A stretch of 64,000 nt of DNA from Marsupella aquatica (GCA_973895155.1 OZ316891.1:9053875-9117874), one strand, 5' to 3'; shown: positions 25,273 through 38,324, numbered from the stretch's first letter. Notes: a model not told the origin generated them from the letters alone. Program-made: numbers and translations.

Positions 25273-26154
25273 TTAATCATCGAGGCGTGTTTCCTCACCC
25301 GTGCTTCCATGCTTCCCATGCTTCATTTTCGCCAGTTCGACCTGCGTTTGCATAAAAAGTTGCATTCTTTGCAGCTCGAGGTCTTTCGTAAATTCCATCC
25401 GTTGTTTCTCGAGCTCCATCAGTTGGTGCTGTTTAGCGCTTTCAATTCTCTCGTATACTTCGCCGAATTTTATAATAGCCCTAGCTAAGTCTTTGAACGG
25501 ACCTTCCTGTAATTTACGCTTCACGATAGGCTTTCCTTCCGTCCCAGGGGTGGTGGCATGCGGACAACTGTCGGTCATATCCGGGCTCTCCTTGGATTTT
25601 GTGTTCGTGGACGCATTATTGAAAGTCTTCGGCTCACCGTTTACGTCCTCTACTCTATCCCTCTTGCGTTTCTGAGTTTTCGCAGACTTCTTGTGTTTTC
25701 TTGAGGTGCCAATCAACTCATCTAGCTTCTCAAAGAAAACCCACTTAGTGCCCGCGCCGCTGGTCGCCACCTTGCTCTTTTCCAACTTGTACTTCTTCTT
25801 CAATGTGTCCAACCTGTTCTTGCATTGCACATCAGTTTTGAGCACCTTACCGTCCTCCCGACTATTAACAGCTTCCGCCACATCCTTCCAGTGCTTTTGT
25901 TTCAGATTGCCACGGTTAAGTTCGATGTAACGGTCGCCCCAGGCCTCGATGAGCGTAAAGGTGGCGGTCTCGCTCCAGCAGTCCTCCCGGACGTGCTTCT
26001 CGTTCCCATCGCCAATGAGCTTGGTCGACCTCGAGGTCGGAGTAGAATGGATCCCCGGAAGCGAGAGCGTCAGAGTGTTGTGATGTTGCGACACATCGGC
26101 CGAGCCGTGACCTCCGCCACCATGGTGCGCTGGAACACGAATCTCGGCTTCCAT
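25273..26154 (-). CDS. Trihelix transcription factor, SIP1/ASIL-like (Myb/SANT-like DNA-binding domain plus C-terminal coiled coil)
   Basis: REDCWSETATFTLIEAWGDRY...HWKDVA...KTDVQCKNRLDTLKKKYK...WVFFEKLD and LARAIIKFGEVYERIESAKQHQLMELEKQRMEF. A possible splice donor (G|GTGAGG) near 25298 means the true C-terminus may lie in a further small exon. Confidence 0.93.
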   Translation of the reverse strand: MEAEIRVPAHHGGGGHGSADVSQHHNTLTLSLPGIHSTPTSRSTKLIGDGNEKHVREDCWSETATFTLIEAWGDRYIELNRGNLKQKHWKDVAEAVNSREDGKVLKTDVQCKNRLDTLKKKYKLEKSKVATSGAGTKWVFFEKLDELIGTSRKHKKSAKTQKRKRDRVEDVNGEPKTFNNASTNTKSKESPDMTDSCPHATTPGTEGKPIVKRKLQEGPFKDLARAIIKFGEVYERIESAKQHQLMELEKQRMEFTKDLELQRMQLFMQTQVELAKMKHGKHGSTGEETRLDD

Positions 26155-29100
26155 CGACGGGATAGTTCCACAGGACGGGCCCGTCGTCCCGGCGAGAGCC
26201 CAATTTCCACTCGTAAGTCGCTCTTTCAGGTAAGATGGAACAAACCGAGAGGCCTGTCTCCCTGCCTGCCTACGCCTCCGACCTGCTCATCCCCGACATA
26301 GCATGACGAGCCCCTCCTCGACGTGGCGGGATCCCCCTCCCCTTTCGTTGAATCACGGCTCCTTTTTCTCGTCGTCGTCGTTCCCCTGCCTGCCTGCTGT
26401 GTTCTTCCGTGCCTCCGATTGGCATTTCGCGTTTGCGTATCCCCGTTGCGCCCGCCCCTTTCCTCTCCAGCTCTCCTCCTCCTCCTTTCTCCGATGCCTG
26501 CGCCTTCCTGCTCCTCTCCTGCTGCTGTTTCGGTGGCCCCCCCGCAACAACAAAGAATCGGCCCATGTCCAGCCGTGGAACTACTCACTCCTACTGGGAG
26601 CGCAACATCCTGTCGAGAACGCGAACCCACGAGAGGCCACACCACTTCCGTTGCCGGCGAATGGCGATGGCGGCAGCAGCAGGCCAGCAGCAGCACAGCC
26701 AAGTTTGCGACCAGCTGCTCGGGAAAAGCAGCAGGCCAAGAACTCAAGAAGTTCGCGAGAGCCAGACCCCGGCGACCGCCTGGCCCCAACTCCAGTTACT
26801 ACTAACTGTATCTAACTACAGTAACTCCGTCGACTACGACTCTACTCTCCTCTACTCCTCTAGTCTGGACTACACTTTTTTACCCGCCGATGATTTCAAG
26901 CGCGCGAAATCTTACACTTCGCGTCCCGAAATATACTTTTTCCCCCCAGACCGCCGTCCCCTCCCCTGACGGACTGTCCCTGATGGACGCGAAATTTAAG
27001 ACGCCCTAATAAACAAGATACTGTAGAGGGGGGCGATTGGATGGATCTCTGGAGGCGTTCTCCAGCCACGGAGCAGGCGCGGCGGAGCTGGGCAGGGCAG
27101 GGCTTTTCCCAGGCCGTCCTTCTCTACCCGCGGGCAGGCAGACCAATCTCTCCCGGGTGACCGAGTCAAGAGAGGGTGTCCCGGGTTACTCGTGGCGACC
27201 CACCAACCCACGCACCCACCCATTAATTAACCCCCGCTGCCCGCATGCCCGCATGTAACCTCCTCGTACGCACGGCGAATCTCTCGAGATCTGCCGGGCC
27301 TCTTTCTTTCTCCTCTCTCCACGTCGGCTAAATTTCCGTTCAGTCTGCCCGGCATGACTAATTTAAAACGATCGATCGGGCTCCGGCGGGCTGTGCCTGC
27401 CCTGACTGGCTGCCCGTCTGACCTGTGCTCAGGCACCGTTGGGATACGTGCGCTTCGCCATGTCTTGCCACAACCCTGCTGTCAACGCACCGGGATTCAC
27501 GGTGCCCACGTTGCCGTTGATTCTCGAGCCTGCTACCGCCGGCATCTTTTTGCATCTCGCTCTTGCTCTGTTTCTCCGCCCGGCGGCCATCCGCCCGTCT
27601 GTGGCTTGCTCAGTCCAATCCGCCGGGAACAGAAGCCGGCATGGGAGCCTGGTTTCACGGCACGCTTCTCGTCGTTCTTGGAGAGGGCTGAAAGCAGCCA
27701 GCCGGTACTGAAGGCCTACCAAACAAACTATCGTACCAACGCCCTGCTGAATACACGGTGGAGTCTTGTTAGAGGTACTCCGACTTTAAAAAGCAATCTT
27801 CCCCAAATGCTAATGAAAACTTTTAATACTGTTGCATCTAGATAAAATGAAAAAAAACCAAAATACGTAAGATACCTACAAGTGTGAGATCACCCACAAA
27901 ATCATTTATCGTGTCCTGTTTTCCTTTCAAAAAATTTCATGTTTAGAAGAATAATTAATCATTTTTAATGTTTGGGTGAAATTATTAGTCACCCCTTTAA
28001 AACAAGAATAAATTAGTTTTTGGTGACTTTGTACTTGTACCTCAATGCTTATTCCTTTCAAGATTCCTTTACAAGGTGCTTCTCTTCACGTTTATTAAGG
28101 ACCCCCATGGGAAGCTCCTCCCAAAATCTCTAGCATCGCATCTTACTATAAAAGCCATCTTACTATAAAAGCACCAAGTGAAGTTTACTTTTAAGAGCCT
28201 AGGTCTAGAGTGTCAAAGCCTCTAGACAGTAACTCTATGGTCATCATGTGCATGGGAGAAACTCTTGACATGACTATGATGTATGTACATGTAAGTTTTT
28301 TTTATAATTTCTAAATATTTACATTCAAAAAATATAGGCACTATGGCCCACCACAACATATGTGCATACAAAATGGATGTGCATACAAAAAGAATGATGT
28401 GCACATAAAGGAGAATGGTATTTTATATATGATTATTGAAATTATATATTATTTTTATCATTTCATTAACCTTCAAAGAATATGAATAGATAATATATTT
28501 TGATAAGTTTTTATTGTCCTCTCCACTATTCAATAGAGAATATATTTTGATAATTCTTTTATTGTCCTCTCCGCTATTCACTTTCAGAACGGGTAGTCAA
28601 GGCTAGTTGAGACAAATCATCAAGTTCAGTTACAAACATGAACAATGCTGTTATCTACAAGAAAGAAACAGAACAATTCATGTTTGATGCGAGGCAGGGA
28701 AAAATGGGTACCTATACCTAGAAAAAAGATCAAAAATTAGAACAGTAAATTTTAGAACAACAAACAATTGGGTACAATAAAATTACCATATTAATGTCAA
28801 TGATATATCAATGTTTACGGACCCCCATTAGGGGTCTCTTGCAAATTTCCTGGCACGGGGACGTGCCATGTCAACATAGACGAAGACAAAAAGGACACAA
28901 CTATTTTGCAGGAAAAAAACAGTGCCCAAATCCTGTTTGAGGTAAATTTTGTGTAATAACTAGGTCGCCATGCCGTAAGGACTAAAAGTACAAGTAAACC
29001 AAATACAAAGGAAAGGTCAATTTTTTTCAACACTAGCCGTTTTACTTATATTTTCTTCTTATTAAAAATAAGATAAATTGTCTTCAATATTGGCAACAAC

Positions 29101-29910
29101 TTAAACAGTTGCCAAAAGTTTGGCAACCATAACCAACTATGAAGCTTGATATTCTCACCAACTTGGGAGGCCCATTGGCAGCAATTTGCCAAGAAAAAAG
29201 TGGTGGAAGACAAATTGTCTTCCTAATTAAATGAATACAACGAGAAATTGAGCATCTTGGGACGACGCACATCTTCATTTCTGGCTTTCCACAGTTGGGC
29301 TGCACTGCAATCCTTTAATGGTGCATTCATAGTCTGTCACAAATCACAAGATCGACAGGTCTCAAGGGTCGATGGATAATTATTGGGGCGACACACATCT
29401 TCATTCTTGGCTTTCCAAAGTTGCATTGCACCTCAATCCTCTAATGGTGCATTCATAGTCTGTGTCATACATTGCAAGAGCAACAAGTCTCACAGGTCGA
29501 CAAGAAAGCTAGACCTGGCTAGCTTTCTGATCGGGAAGCCATACCCACCAACCGAACGACGGACATTCCTCAGGTGGTGTTCGTGTTCCCAAATCTCACT
29601 TGCATTGTGCATTTTTTCATTCACAGCAGAGTGTGATTGTTTTGAGCTCTTGGTCAAGTGGCATTTTGTGGTGCTCGTGGAATTGGCACCTATCTGTCCT
29701 CCTTTGCTTGCCAATGCCTTGTATCAGTCACTCTGCTACTGTTGACGCTGATGCCAACCAAAGAAAGTGGAAGGTAACGTACCTACGGTTTTAATGAGGG
29801 CATCAGTCAGCTCGCTGTAGCCCTTGAGCCAGCCTTGAGCATATATGTACCCATGTTCTTTCATTCATGATAATACTCTATAATTGCACTCGACTGCAAC
29901 TAAAATGTCT

Positions 29911-31568
29911 CATGAAATTAGCTACTATAGTCAATGCCCCAATACACATTCCACCAAATGCAGCCGTTGTTGGAATGTATCAATTTAGCTCCTTCTGCAA
30001 GTTTGATTCATGATGACCTGGCATCACCATATGTTTTTCCTTCAGCTGCTTTGTGACATCCTTAGCTGAAGACCCGGACACTTCAATCTACATCTTTGAG
30101 AAAAGAGCACACGCTATCAACATAAAAGTGAAGTAGAAGGTCTTGGGGAGGACACAATTTGTGCTATCAACAGGATCTGTGGCAGGATCGGGATCAGAGA
30201 TATTGCAGACCTGAAGGAGCCCTCCCCAGCCACTACTCCTATGTACACCAGCAAACTAGATCGAGTGAGAGGTCTGGACCACAGAATTAAAGCATTGAGT
30301 GTGGAATTTTTTAGCAAAGTCATCCGTCAGACGGACACAATACAGGACGGGCGTGCAATAGCGGGGCAATGGAGGTGGTCAGACAAATCTCAAACACTGA
30401 GGAGATTTACTCTATCTAATGCACGCACGTATCAGTTGCTTCAACCTAAAGGGTCCGACAACACAACACTCAACAGAATCTGGCAAATGGCACTCTCGGA
30501 GCTGGAATGGAACAAAGTTTGGCTGTCTTTGTGGACATCGGATCTACCACTGAAATCCTGTACATTTGTCTACTAGAGAGTCCTTGCACAAGGGCTTTTT
30601 ACAGGCACTCAAGCCCTCATAATTGGGAAGAGCAACGGTATGTGTCAGATCTACTCTACGTAACTGGAATCCATCCACATCTCTTCTTCAAGTGTCAATT
30701 TGCGCATAGATGCTGGACTTTAGTGTCTCAGTCTTTTCCTGGCATTATCATTTGGCCTCTAGCAGAAATCTTGCCGCTGATCAATTGAACATTTTAAAGG
30801 CCCCAGCTTCACACACTCAGTAGTAGCCTTCACAGTATATCAGGTCTTGTGGGCTCTATGGACCGCCAGAAAGGAGCAACTTTTTAATCCCCTGATAAGA
30901 CGCTCCTTCAATCTGAATCTAGTACTCTTTGAAATGGCCGACAACCTCCATGGGCTTTGTGAGACCTTTGGCCCCAGCCGCAAACACACGCGGCTACTTC
31001 TGGCCAAGGATGCTGTGGTCTCTGAGAGACAGCGATGGTTGGGACGACGGGATGCCTTTGTGACTTGGTGATTACACTCAATATATATTCATTTCTTACA
31101 GGATTCTTACAGGGCTCTCACTAGAGGCAACAGACACTAGACACTTCAAAGTGAGGCCCTTAGCTTTGGTATTTTAGTGTTGGCTTCCAGCTCTGGCTTT
31201 TAGCTTAATGTTTTTAGCGTAATGTTTTTTTTAGCTTAATGTCTTTTAGCATAATGTTTTTTAGCTTCGGTTGTTTGACTGAGGCCTTCTCCTTGGCCTG
31301 ACCGTCCTCCTCACTGTTGTTATATAGCATGTAGAGGTTGTCACTGGTGCTCGCATGGGCTTGACACTTGCTGTGAGGGCCTTGTCTGGCCGGGCAAGTT
31401 TTGGCTGCTTTGCCCCTTTGTACCGGCTGTTTTGGCCCCCCTTCCCGTGGGGTTTCGCGGGTTTTACTATTAATTTGCCATAAAAAGGTGGAAAAAAAAG
31501 TGAAGTAGAACAAGGCATGCAAAGGATTGGCTGGAATTTCTCCCAAACTGGTACTAGGAGGAGTGCTT
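29911..31568 (-). pseudogene. SEC61A: Sec61 alpha subunit fragment, interrupted by a LINE
   Basis: 31568-31497 reads TPPSTSLGEIPANPLHALFYFTF. 30138-29911 continues [69 protein letters not shown], the highly conserved Sec61-alpha C-terminal region, with two stops. Confidence 0.92.
30139..31495 (+). mobile_element. 5'-truncated LINE, same family as the element at 1-1150
   Basis: Decayed zf-RVT region (YQLLQPKGSD..LNRIW..WNKVW..WTSDLPLK, HLFFKC, LWALWTARK). 15-bp TSD AAAAGTGAAGTAGAA at 30124-30138 and 31496-31510. Confidence 0.9.
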
Positions 31569-32099
31569 ATCAACAGATACGGTGATTCAACACCGTCAGA
31601 AGACATATAGACAAGTTCTTCCTCTACAACATCCTTAGTTGAATACCCACACAATTCTCAATCCATGCCTATGTTTTTGAATCCTGATCCTTGCATCACC
31701 TATCCAAGGAAAAACTTGGTGAAATTTTCATGAATACTATGACCACGGCAAGGATTTGACAGATGCCCCAGCGATGCTAGCACTGAGTAACTGATTTCAA
31801 TCATTCCAAACGGCTCTATGAACTTTGGCTAAAGAAAAACAAGACTTTAAACATGAATTTGTTTTGGTTGCAGAACCACACCGACGAGCTTGGACACTCC
31901 TTGATTCATCAAATGGGCTCGAAGCACCTCACTGTCAGATTGTTCCGCATTGACTAGAAACTATGCAAAGAAACAAGAGGGTCCATGGATTAATTTAAAT
32001 GAAAATACTTATATTTTTTTATTTTTTGCATGTTTTTTAAAACCAACCGATATAATATATAAATATTTAGGACCTCTTGGGTTCCATAGTGTCAAATAA

Positions 32100-32745
32100 A
32101 CTAAATAATTAATCTCCTTAGTACTTGATGAAATATGTCAATGATAGATTCATTGGAAAGCTAGAAAAATTTAGAAACTCATGAATCACCTTTTTAGTAC
32201 TTGATAATATCTCCCAATGTTACACTCCATGAAAAGCTAGAGAAATTTAAAACTCATTATCTTCTTAGTACTAGACAAAATCTTAGAATGTTAAGTTCAT
32301 TGGAAAGCTAGAGAAATTCAAAAACTCATAACCTCCTAGGTACTTGCCAAAATCTATCAATGTTAGGTTCATTGAAAAACTAGAAAAACTAGAAACTCAT
32401 GATCTCTTTAGAACTTGACAAAAACTCTCAATGTCACACATTAGAAAGCTAGAGAGATTCGTGATCTACTTAGTACTTGACAAAATCTAACATGAAATTT
32501 GTCAATGTCAAAGTCAATGTAACTGAGAAGCTAGAAGAATTCATGAACTTACAATCTTTGTAGGTCTTGACAAAATCTTTGGATGTCACACTCATTGGAA
32601 ACTCATTTGGTACTTGATTAATCTGCCATTGTGAGATTTATTGGAATCCTAGAAAAAATTGGTAAACTCATGATCTACTTGGTACTTGACTAAATCTACC
32701 AATGTGATACTCATTAAAAACCAAGAGAAATTCAAAAAATTATGA
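32100..32745. repeat. Degenerate AT-rich minisatellite, ~60-bp unit, ~10 copies
   Basis: Recurring TAGTACTTGACAAAATC...AATG...TCATTGGAAAGCTAGA.AAATT...AAACTCAT at ~60-bp spacing. Confidence 0.85.
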
Positions 32746-33164
32746 TATCCTTTCTTGCTCATCTCTCAGTTAATCTGTGGACCCCCATGTTCATCCAAGG
32801 AATGTTCAGCAAGGCGATAACCAATGCTTTTGATTCTCCAAGTGGTTTGGTGTGTGCTCGGACTACAAAAGAGAACACTCGAAAGATAGAGGAGATCAAT
32901 CTTTTTGAGATGATCTCTCTGGTTCATGAAACGAAAGGTTGAATGTGGAGGAATTGAGTTTTTTTATGGTTTTCGCTTACACATTGGAGAAATCGTGTTT
33001 CTACCATTCTTGATTGATAATTTGTGAATTAGTTTGTGGACCCCACCTATTAATAGACACTATCAGAAGGTGATACATATCAGACATGCTCAAGAGTGGA
33101 GAAAGAAAACTCAGTGCATAAGAGAATAACATAACAGGTATTTATCGTGTTCACGAGCACAAAC

Positions 33165-33323
33165 CTGAGTGAGAATCAAATTCACAGAAGCCACCATAAG
33201 CACCTCCACTTACTCGTACACGATCCCAGAGCCATGTATTACCGATGTTGATATGACATATGAGCTGCCATCAAGTTCATAACCAGTCTCATATATATTG
33301 GCTACTTTCCCAACATAATTCAC
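33165..33323 (-). pseudogene. PREP: Single exon of presequence protease (PreP, M16C peptidase) with a frameshift
   Basis: Reads VNYVGKVANIYETGYELDGSSYVIS/IGNTWLWDRVRVSGGAYGGFCEFDSHS, bounded by a TATAG acceptor and a GT donor. No neighbouring PreP exons found. Confidence 0.9.
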
Positions 33324-34564
33324 CTATAGATAAAAATCAAGCCATAGGTTACAGTGCTTCAGTCAAACTAGGACAGAGTTTACTTATCCATAAGTAAGGT
33401 CTAGTACTTTCAAGAGAGTAAATTTGACAGCATGACAATTTCACGGTCTCCGTTGATCATGAAAGCCACAACTTGCTTGCTGACAGCTCCGGGTGGTGGT
33501 GATGGGGACCCGCTGCCAGAATCAAAGAGCGATGAGAACAACAACTAAGGACTAACAAAATACAAAGACAAAAAATACTTGCGGAAAAGGGCTTCTCAAC
33601 TCCGAAACAATTTAAAGCGTTGGCCAGAAATTTGAGAAGCCTTCCCTTTCATCTGATAGAAGTATCCACTTACACCATTGACTTCATTTCAAGATTAGTG
33701 ATATGATTCTAAAATGTGATCCATGGGGAAGAACGAGATCAGATCAATGTCACAGATTACTCATTGGATCGGTTTTGTGCAGTTATCAGCAGCAAGTTTT
33801 TGGATCATGTCTAATAAAAAAAACTTCAAAACTGTCGCTACGTGTAGGCAATGCATCCAAGGACTCCATAGGTCTAATAAGCTTGGAACACTTATCTGAT
33901 TCCATGCATTGCCCAGCTTGTTCCGCGGGGGTTTTTTTTGTTTTATTGGGAATTTTTAAGTAGACGATTGACTCTCAAGGGCCATGTCCTCTAGTTAAAG
34001 TATGCCTGTAGCTTACACCTATTTTTAAACTAATCAAACATTGGGACAAGAAGTTGTCATTATCCAGTTGAATCATGTGTGGTATAAACATGGATTCGGT
34101 GATGAGTGATCGGTGATGCGTGAACTGTCTTGACAAAAAAATGGGCATGAGCCCAAAAGTATGGAAGAAAAATCCACAATTCCCAAATGAGCATAATTGT
34201 ACATTATTAATCCAGTCAGTACATGATGGTTGCAAAGGCATATTCCGATTTTCATAGAAGAACCAAAAGACTTGCATACATAAATTTCCCTCAATAAGAT
34301 TCAACCCCATCCACAATAGAAGATGTATAACGACTTCTCAATACAGTTTCTCAAAATGTAATTTCATCATGCAAATATGAATCAAGTTGTCCTATCGAAA
34401 GATAGCTAGTGAAATGATAAGGATCGGATCCTTATCATCCAGCCATTGTGAACTCTCACCGGATGTGTATTAATTTCAATTCCTTGATGCTTTGGTTGTT
34501 GCTCAGATTGGACGTGAGTCTGCATCAATGGCAAAGCTGCTGATGGGATGACTGTGTTGGGTCA

Positions 34565-34754
34565 ATGGACAGAATGAAGGGGGTTATATTGGGCGTTGGT
34601 CTTGTAACAACGCTACTTGCTATCGGAGTCGTGAAGCTCATCCTGCACTTTCAGGACACTAAACGGGAGAAAGAAAAATATGAGAAGCTAGTCCCAAAGG
34701 TTCAGACCATCGATGGCAATGTGACGTGCTTTGAGCAATTTGGCGATTAAGTCG
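34565..34754 (+). pseudogene. Probable first-exon fragment of a CaM/Ca2+-dependent NAD kinase (zeta-toxin-domain family)
   Basis: N-terminal hydrophobic anchor, then KLVPKVQTIDGNVTCFEQFGD*V followed by G|GTGAGT. Resembles the recalled family motif (I/L)VP.LERT.SG....ERF.HYV|ARQ. Confidence 0.45.
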
Positions 34755-37700
34755 GTGAGTTCCTACAAAATTCCTTGAAGCCTCTTGCTAATTCTTGCTT
34801 ATATGTAGCAGCTTGCCATGATCTTTGATCATAATCCTCAGTCTCGGAGGATTTGAATGAGACGGCCTCACATTTGTCACTGAGCCTTTTCCATAAGAGT
34901 CACATTGCGGTTGATTCTTAAATTGATTTCCAGTTTGCCAGATGGGGTTAGACGGAGGGACATCCAACAATGACCAACCATGCAAGAAGATATTCGGGTT
35001 TTATTTTTTCACTTTTAGGCCTACCTTTCCTGTAAAATGCTGTGTAGATCAAAAAATCTTAGCTGCATCCAATGCGCAGCAAATCAGCCACGAACATCAT
35101 CACCACTCTCACCGCTCTACCACAATCCAGCACCTTTGCAGATCTAACTCAAAGCAGGTGAGAGATGAAGAATTTTCAGTTGCCCTTCTTTCGTTTGCTG
35201 AATTTTATTTGGGTTTGTGGACGTTGAGTGATCCATCCTAGCTTCCTACATTGTCGTTGTCTTTTACATGAACAAGCTCTCTGGATGTGGATAGTCATTG
35301 ATTGCATTAATGTTCCACAATTTTGAGTAATTTGCTTGTGTTTGATGAAGTGGGGCAATGAGTCCTACTCCTTCCGAATGGCATCGAGTCCCAGTCGTAG
35401 CCTTTGTTAGTCGGATTGCATACTTAGCGACATAGAATCATGTCCACTTAGAACTTCCTTCTTCTTAAAAAGCTAGTGGTAGCACAAGGTCAAAAAAATT
35501 GTCACGACACACAGACCATCTCTATCCTCCTTTCTTTTCTGTTCTTGATTTACTTATTACTCAATTGAACCACAATTCATAATGCGGGTGGGCAGTCAGT
35601 TACTCAGGGTAAATGAAACATAGGTGGGCCTACTATTAATTGAATAGTCGGTTACTCAATGTAAATAAAATGGTTAGTTTTTAAACATTTTTACATCAAG
35701 GTTTATGGCATGGTGTCCTCAATTTTACCAAAATCCTGCCACAAACACGAATGTTGAATTAATTCTATGTTGTAAACCAATCCGTACCTGTTTACAGGAC
35801 GCCTTGATGATGTGGTGCACTATGGAGTCTTGAATTTTGGAAGGGACCTCTAGTGGGGTCCGTAATTATGTTCAGCATTACGGCCGGCCACAAGATAGAC
35901 TGAAGGATAGCACTTTAAAGCTATTAGCAAAAGATTGCTTGTCATTTTGGTTGGAATATTGCACGAAACGGTTGAGCCATCACTTCACATTAAGGTTTTG
36001 TAGTTCTTTTTTTAAGAAAGCTATGGTGTGAGGGGGAGACCAACAATTGTTTCTTTGACATAGAGGCTACATTTGGCGTCAACTTGTGTTCAGAGCAAGC
36101 TGCAATTGAAACCTAGAGGGACACAAACAATTCAAATTGGGAAGCTAGCAAGCATTGCAGACAAGCGATGGCGACGTAATTGAAGAAATCAATTTGCAGT
36201 GGCTAAGTTTGTGATGGTGACGGGATTGTGACATCTCTTTATCCAAAAAGGGAGGTGAGCATTTCTGGATGTTGCATTTCTTGAGTTGGTGATGGTTCTT
36301 TAAGTGTGTGCTAGTTATACAATCATGATATGATATCCACCATTCACCTCATAACTCAAACTCAAACTCAAACTCAAAACTTAGTTGGAGATATCTCCGT
36401 TTCTTTGATGCAATGTGATAGAATGGTAGTACCCTATTCACAATCATCTCTTGTTGGTATACCTCTCTTCAAAAGAGAGATTCATGATCAGGTATGAGCC
36501 ATTACTTACTTAATTATGTTATTTTAGAGGCAGGTATCTAACTAATTACATAGTAAAAAATTTAAAAACACTCAAAAGGTAACCAATACGATTACATTGA
36601 AAAAATGACATCTCTTCCTTTGTATTGTATTTGTTTACACTTAATTCTTACACAAATATGAACACAAACATAACAAGGACCTTTTTGTTTTCCTGGAAAA
36701 CCTACTCTGGCCTGTTTGTCACCATCCTCACTGATATGACGCATCCTCGTGCTAAGGAATTTGCAATGGATCCCTAATGGGGGTCCGTAATGAACCTTTG
36801 GTGCTAAACACTTAATTACAAGCATTTTGGAAAATTTGAACATTGAGAATGAATCTAACATTGACAGATTTTGCTATCACTAAAGATATCATGAGCCCTC
36901 AACCCATTTGGTTTTCATGAGTTTGAGAAATGGGTTGAGGGTCATTTGGACTCAAACTTCCAAGTGACCTACTATAACATGTTGAGAGGAATGAAAACAA
37001 GAAACTAGAGATAAAGCTCCTTGTATTGGAATACTTGGGTTGAGTTCATGATTAGACAATGATTTGGAGATAAATAGGAGATAAATAATGAATTGCAACA
37101 TGTGTTAGGCATTTACTCTTAGGTCTAGGGTTACGACTGTAACCATTGTTAGGTCTGACCTTAGTCACAAACTAGATAAGGTTAACTAGGTTGCACACTA
37201 TATCCCATGCAAGCGGTGTTTGCTTGGATAACATGAACTCAGACAGACTCATTGTTATAGAGCCATTTCAGAGGTAGGGAAATCTTGTATTGCAAAGACT
37301 TGATATGGCCGACAAGCCTAGAGTGTAAGAAAACTCTTGTTAATTTGTTCACGCCGTGAACGTAGCCTCAACTAAGGTGAACCACGTAGGGCTCCAAGTC
37401 GGCTTGTAAGAGATAGGCACCACAACGTTGGAACCACATCCAAGGGGATTGCTTAAGACCATATAATGATCTAAGAAGTTTGCAAACTTTTGAAGGGTTC
37501 TGTTGATCTATAAACCCCTCGAGTTGGGTCATGTAAACCTCGTCAAGGAGTTTAGCATATAGAAAAGCGGTTATAACATCCATCTGATGAATGTGTATGT
37601 CATGGATGGCTGCAAATGCTAACATAACTTTGAGAGAGGTCATTCAAACAACATGACTAAATGTTTCAGTGTAGTCTATTCCTTCTATTTGAGAAAACCT

Positions 37701-38324
37701 GCGAGCAACCAAGCGAGCTTTGAATCTAATGACTATTCCATCAGCATGATACTTAATTGCGTTTTAAAAGCCACTTGCAAGAGACGGTAGAACTTCTTGG
37801 AGGAAGATCCACTAGTACCGAGGTCTCATTTTTCATCAATGATTGATATATACTCAAAATCAATAGCTTCTTGCCACTTGGCTGCATCTGGAGACTTGAG
37901 AGCTTGTTTGAATGTGGTTGGTTTGTCTAGTTGAGCCAACAAGGTATGAACATTGTTAACATGAGCCATGAACGAGGTATGATACCAAATAGGCAAAGTG
38001 CCCCTAGTTGATCGAGTACTGGTCCGTCGTAGTACACCTTGAATGGGTTCAGAAGCATCCACAACTTCATTCTCATGAAATGGATCATGAGGTAAAAGAC
38101 TTGATTGTATGTCATATTCTAATTCCTGAAGATCGTGGAGGATGTCTTGGGTTGTTTCAGACAACTCACAGGATGTATAAGGAGAACTAGGTTATGGAGG
38201 TGAATGGGATGGGCTTGAAGGAGTAGTTGGAAGTAATATAGCAGGAAGAGGTGGTGGCAAAGGAAGAGGGGTACACAACACCATCAGGTATCAGTGGCTG
38301 GTAAATGATATAAGCCGCTGATAT

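Larger units (their letters stand above)
28818..36787. mobile_element. Putative non-autonomous Pack-type TIR DNA transposon carrying host gene fragments
   Basis: ~55-bp imperfect inverted repeats (CGGACCCCCATTAGGG..TTGCAAATT..) at 28818 and ending at 36787, each flanked by TA. The interior has gene fragments and a minisatellite but no transposase. Confidence 0.6.

Noticed and set aside
26226-27845. Many overlapping ORFs on both strands
   Set aside because: Expected in GC-rich leader/promoter DNA; no recognisable domains.
31214-31654. 146-aa ORF as a genuine gene
   Set aside because: It is a chance fusion of the Sec61 fragment with the antisense LINE 3' UTR.
32100-32745. CRISPR-like or coding repeat
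   Set aside because: The whole ~60-bp unit is repeated degenerately and has no open frame; it is a plain minisatellite.
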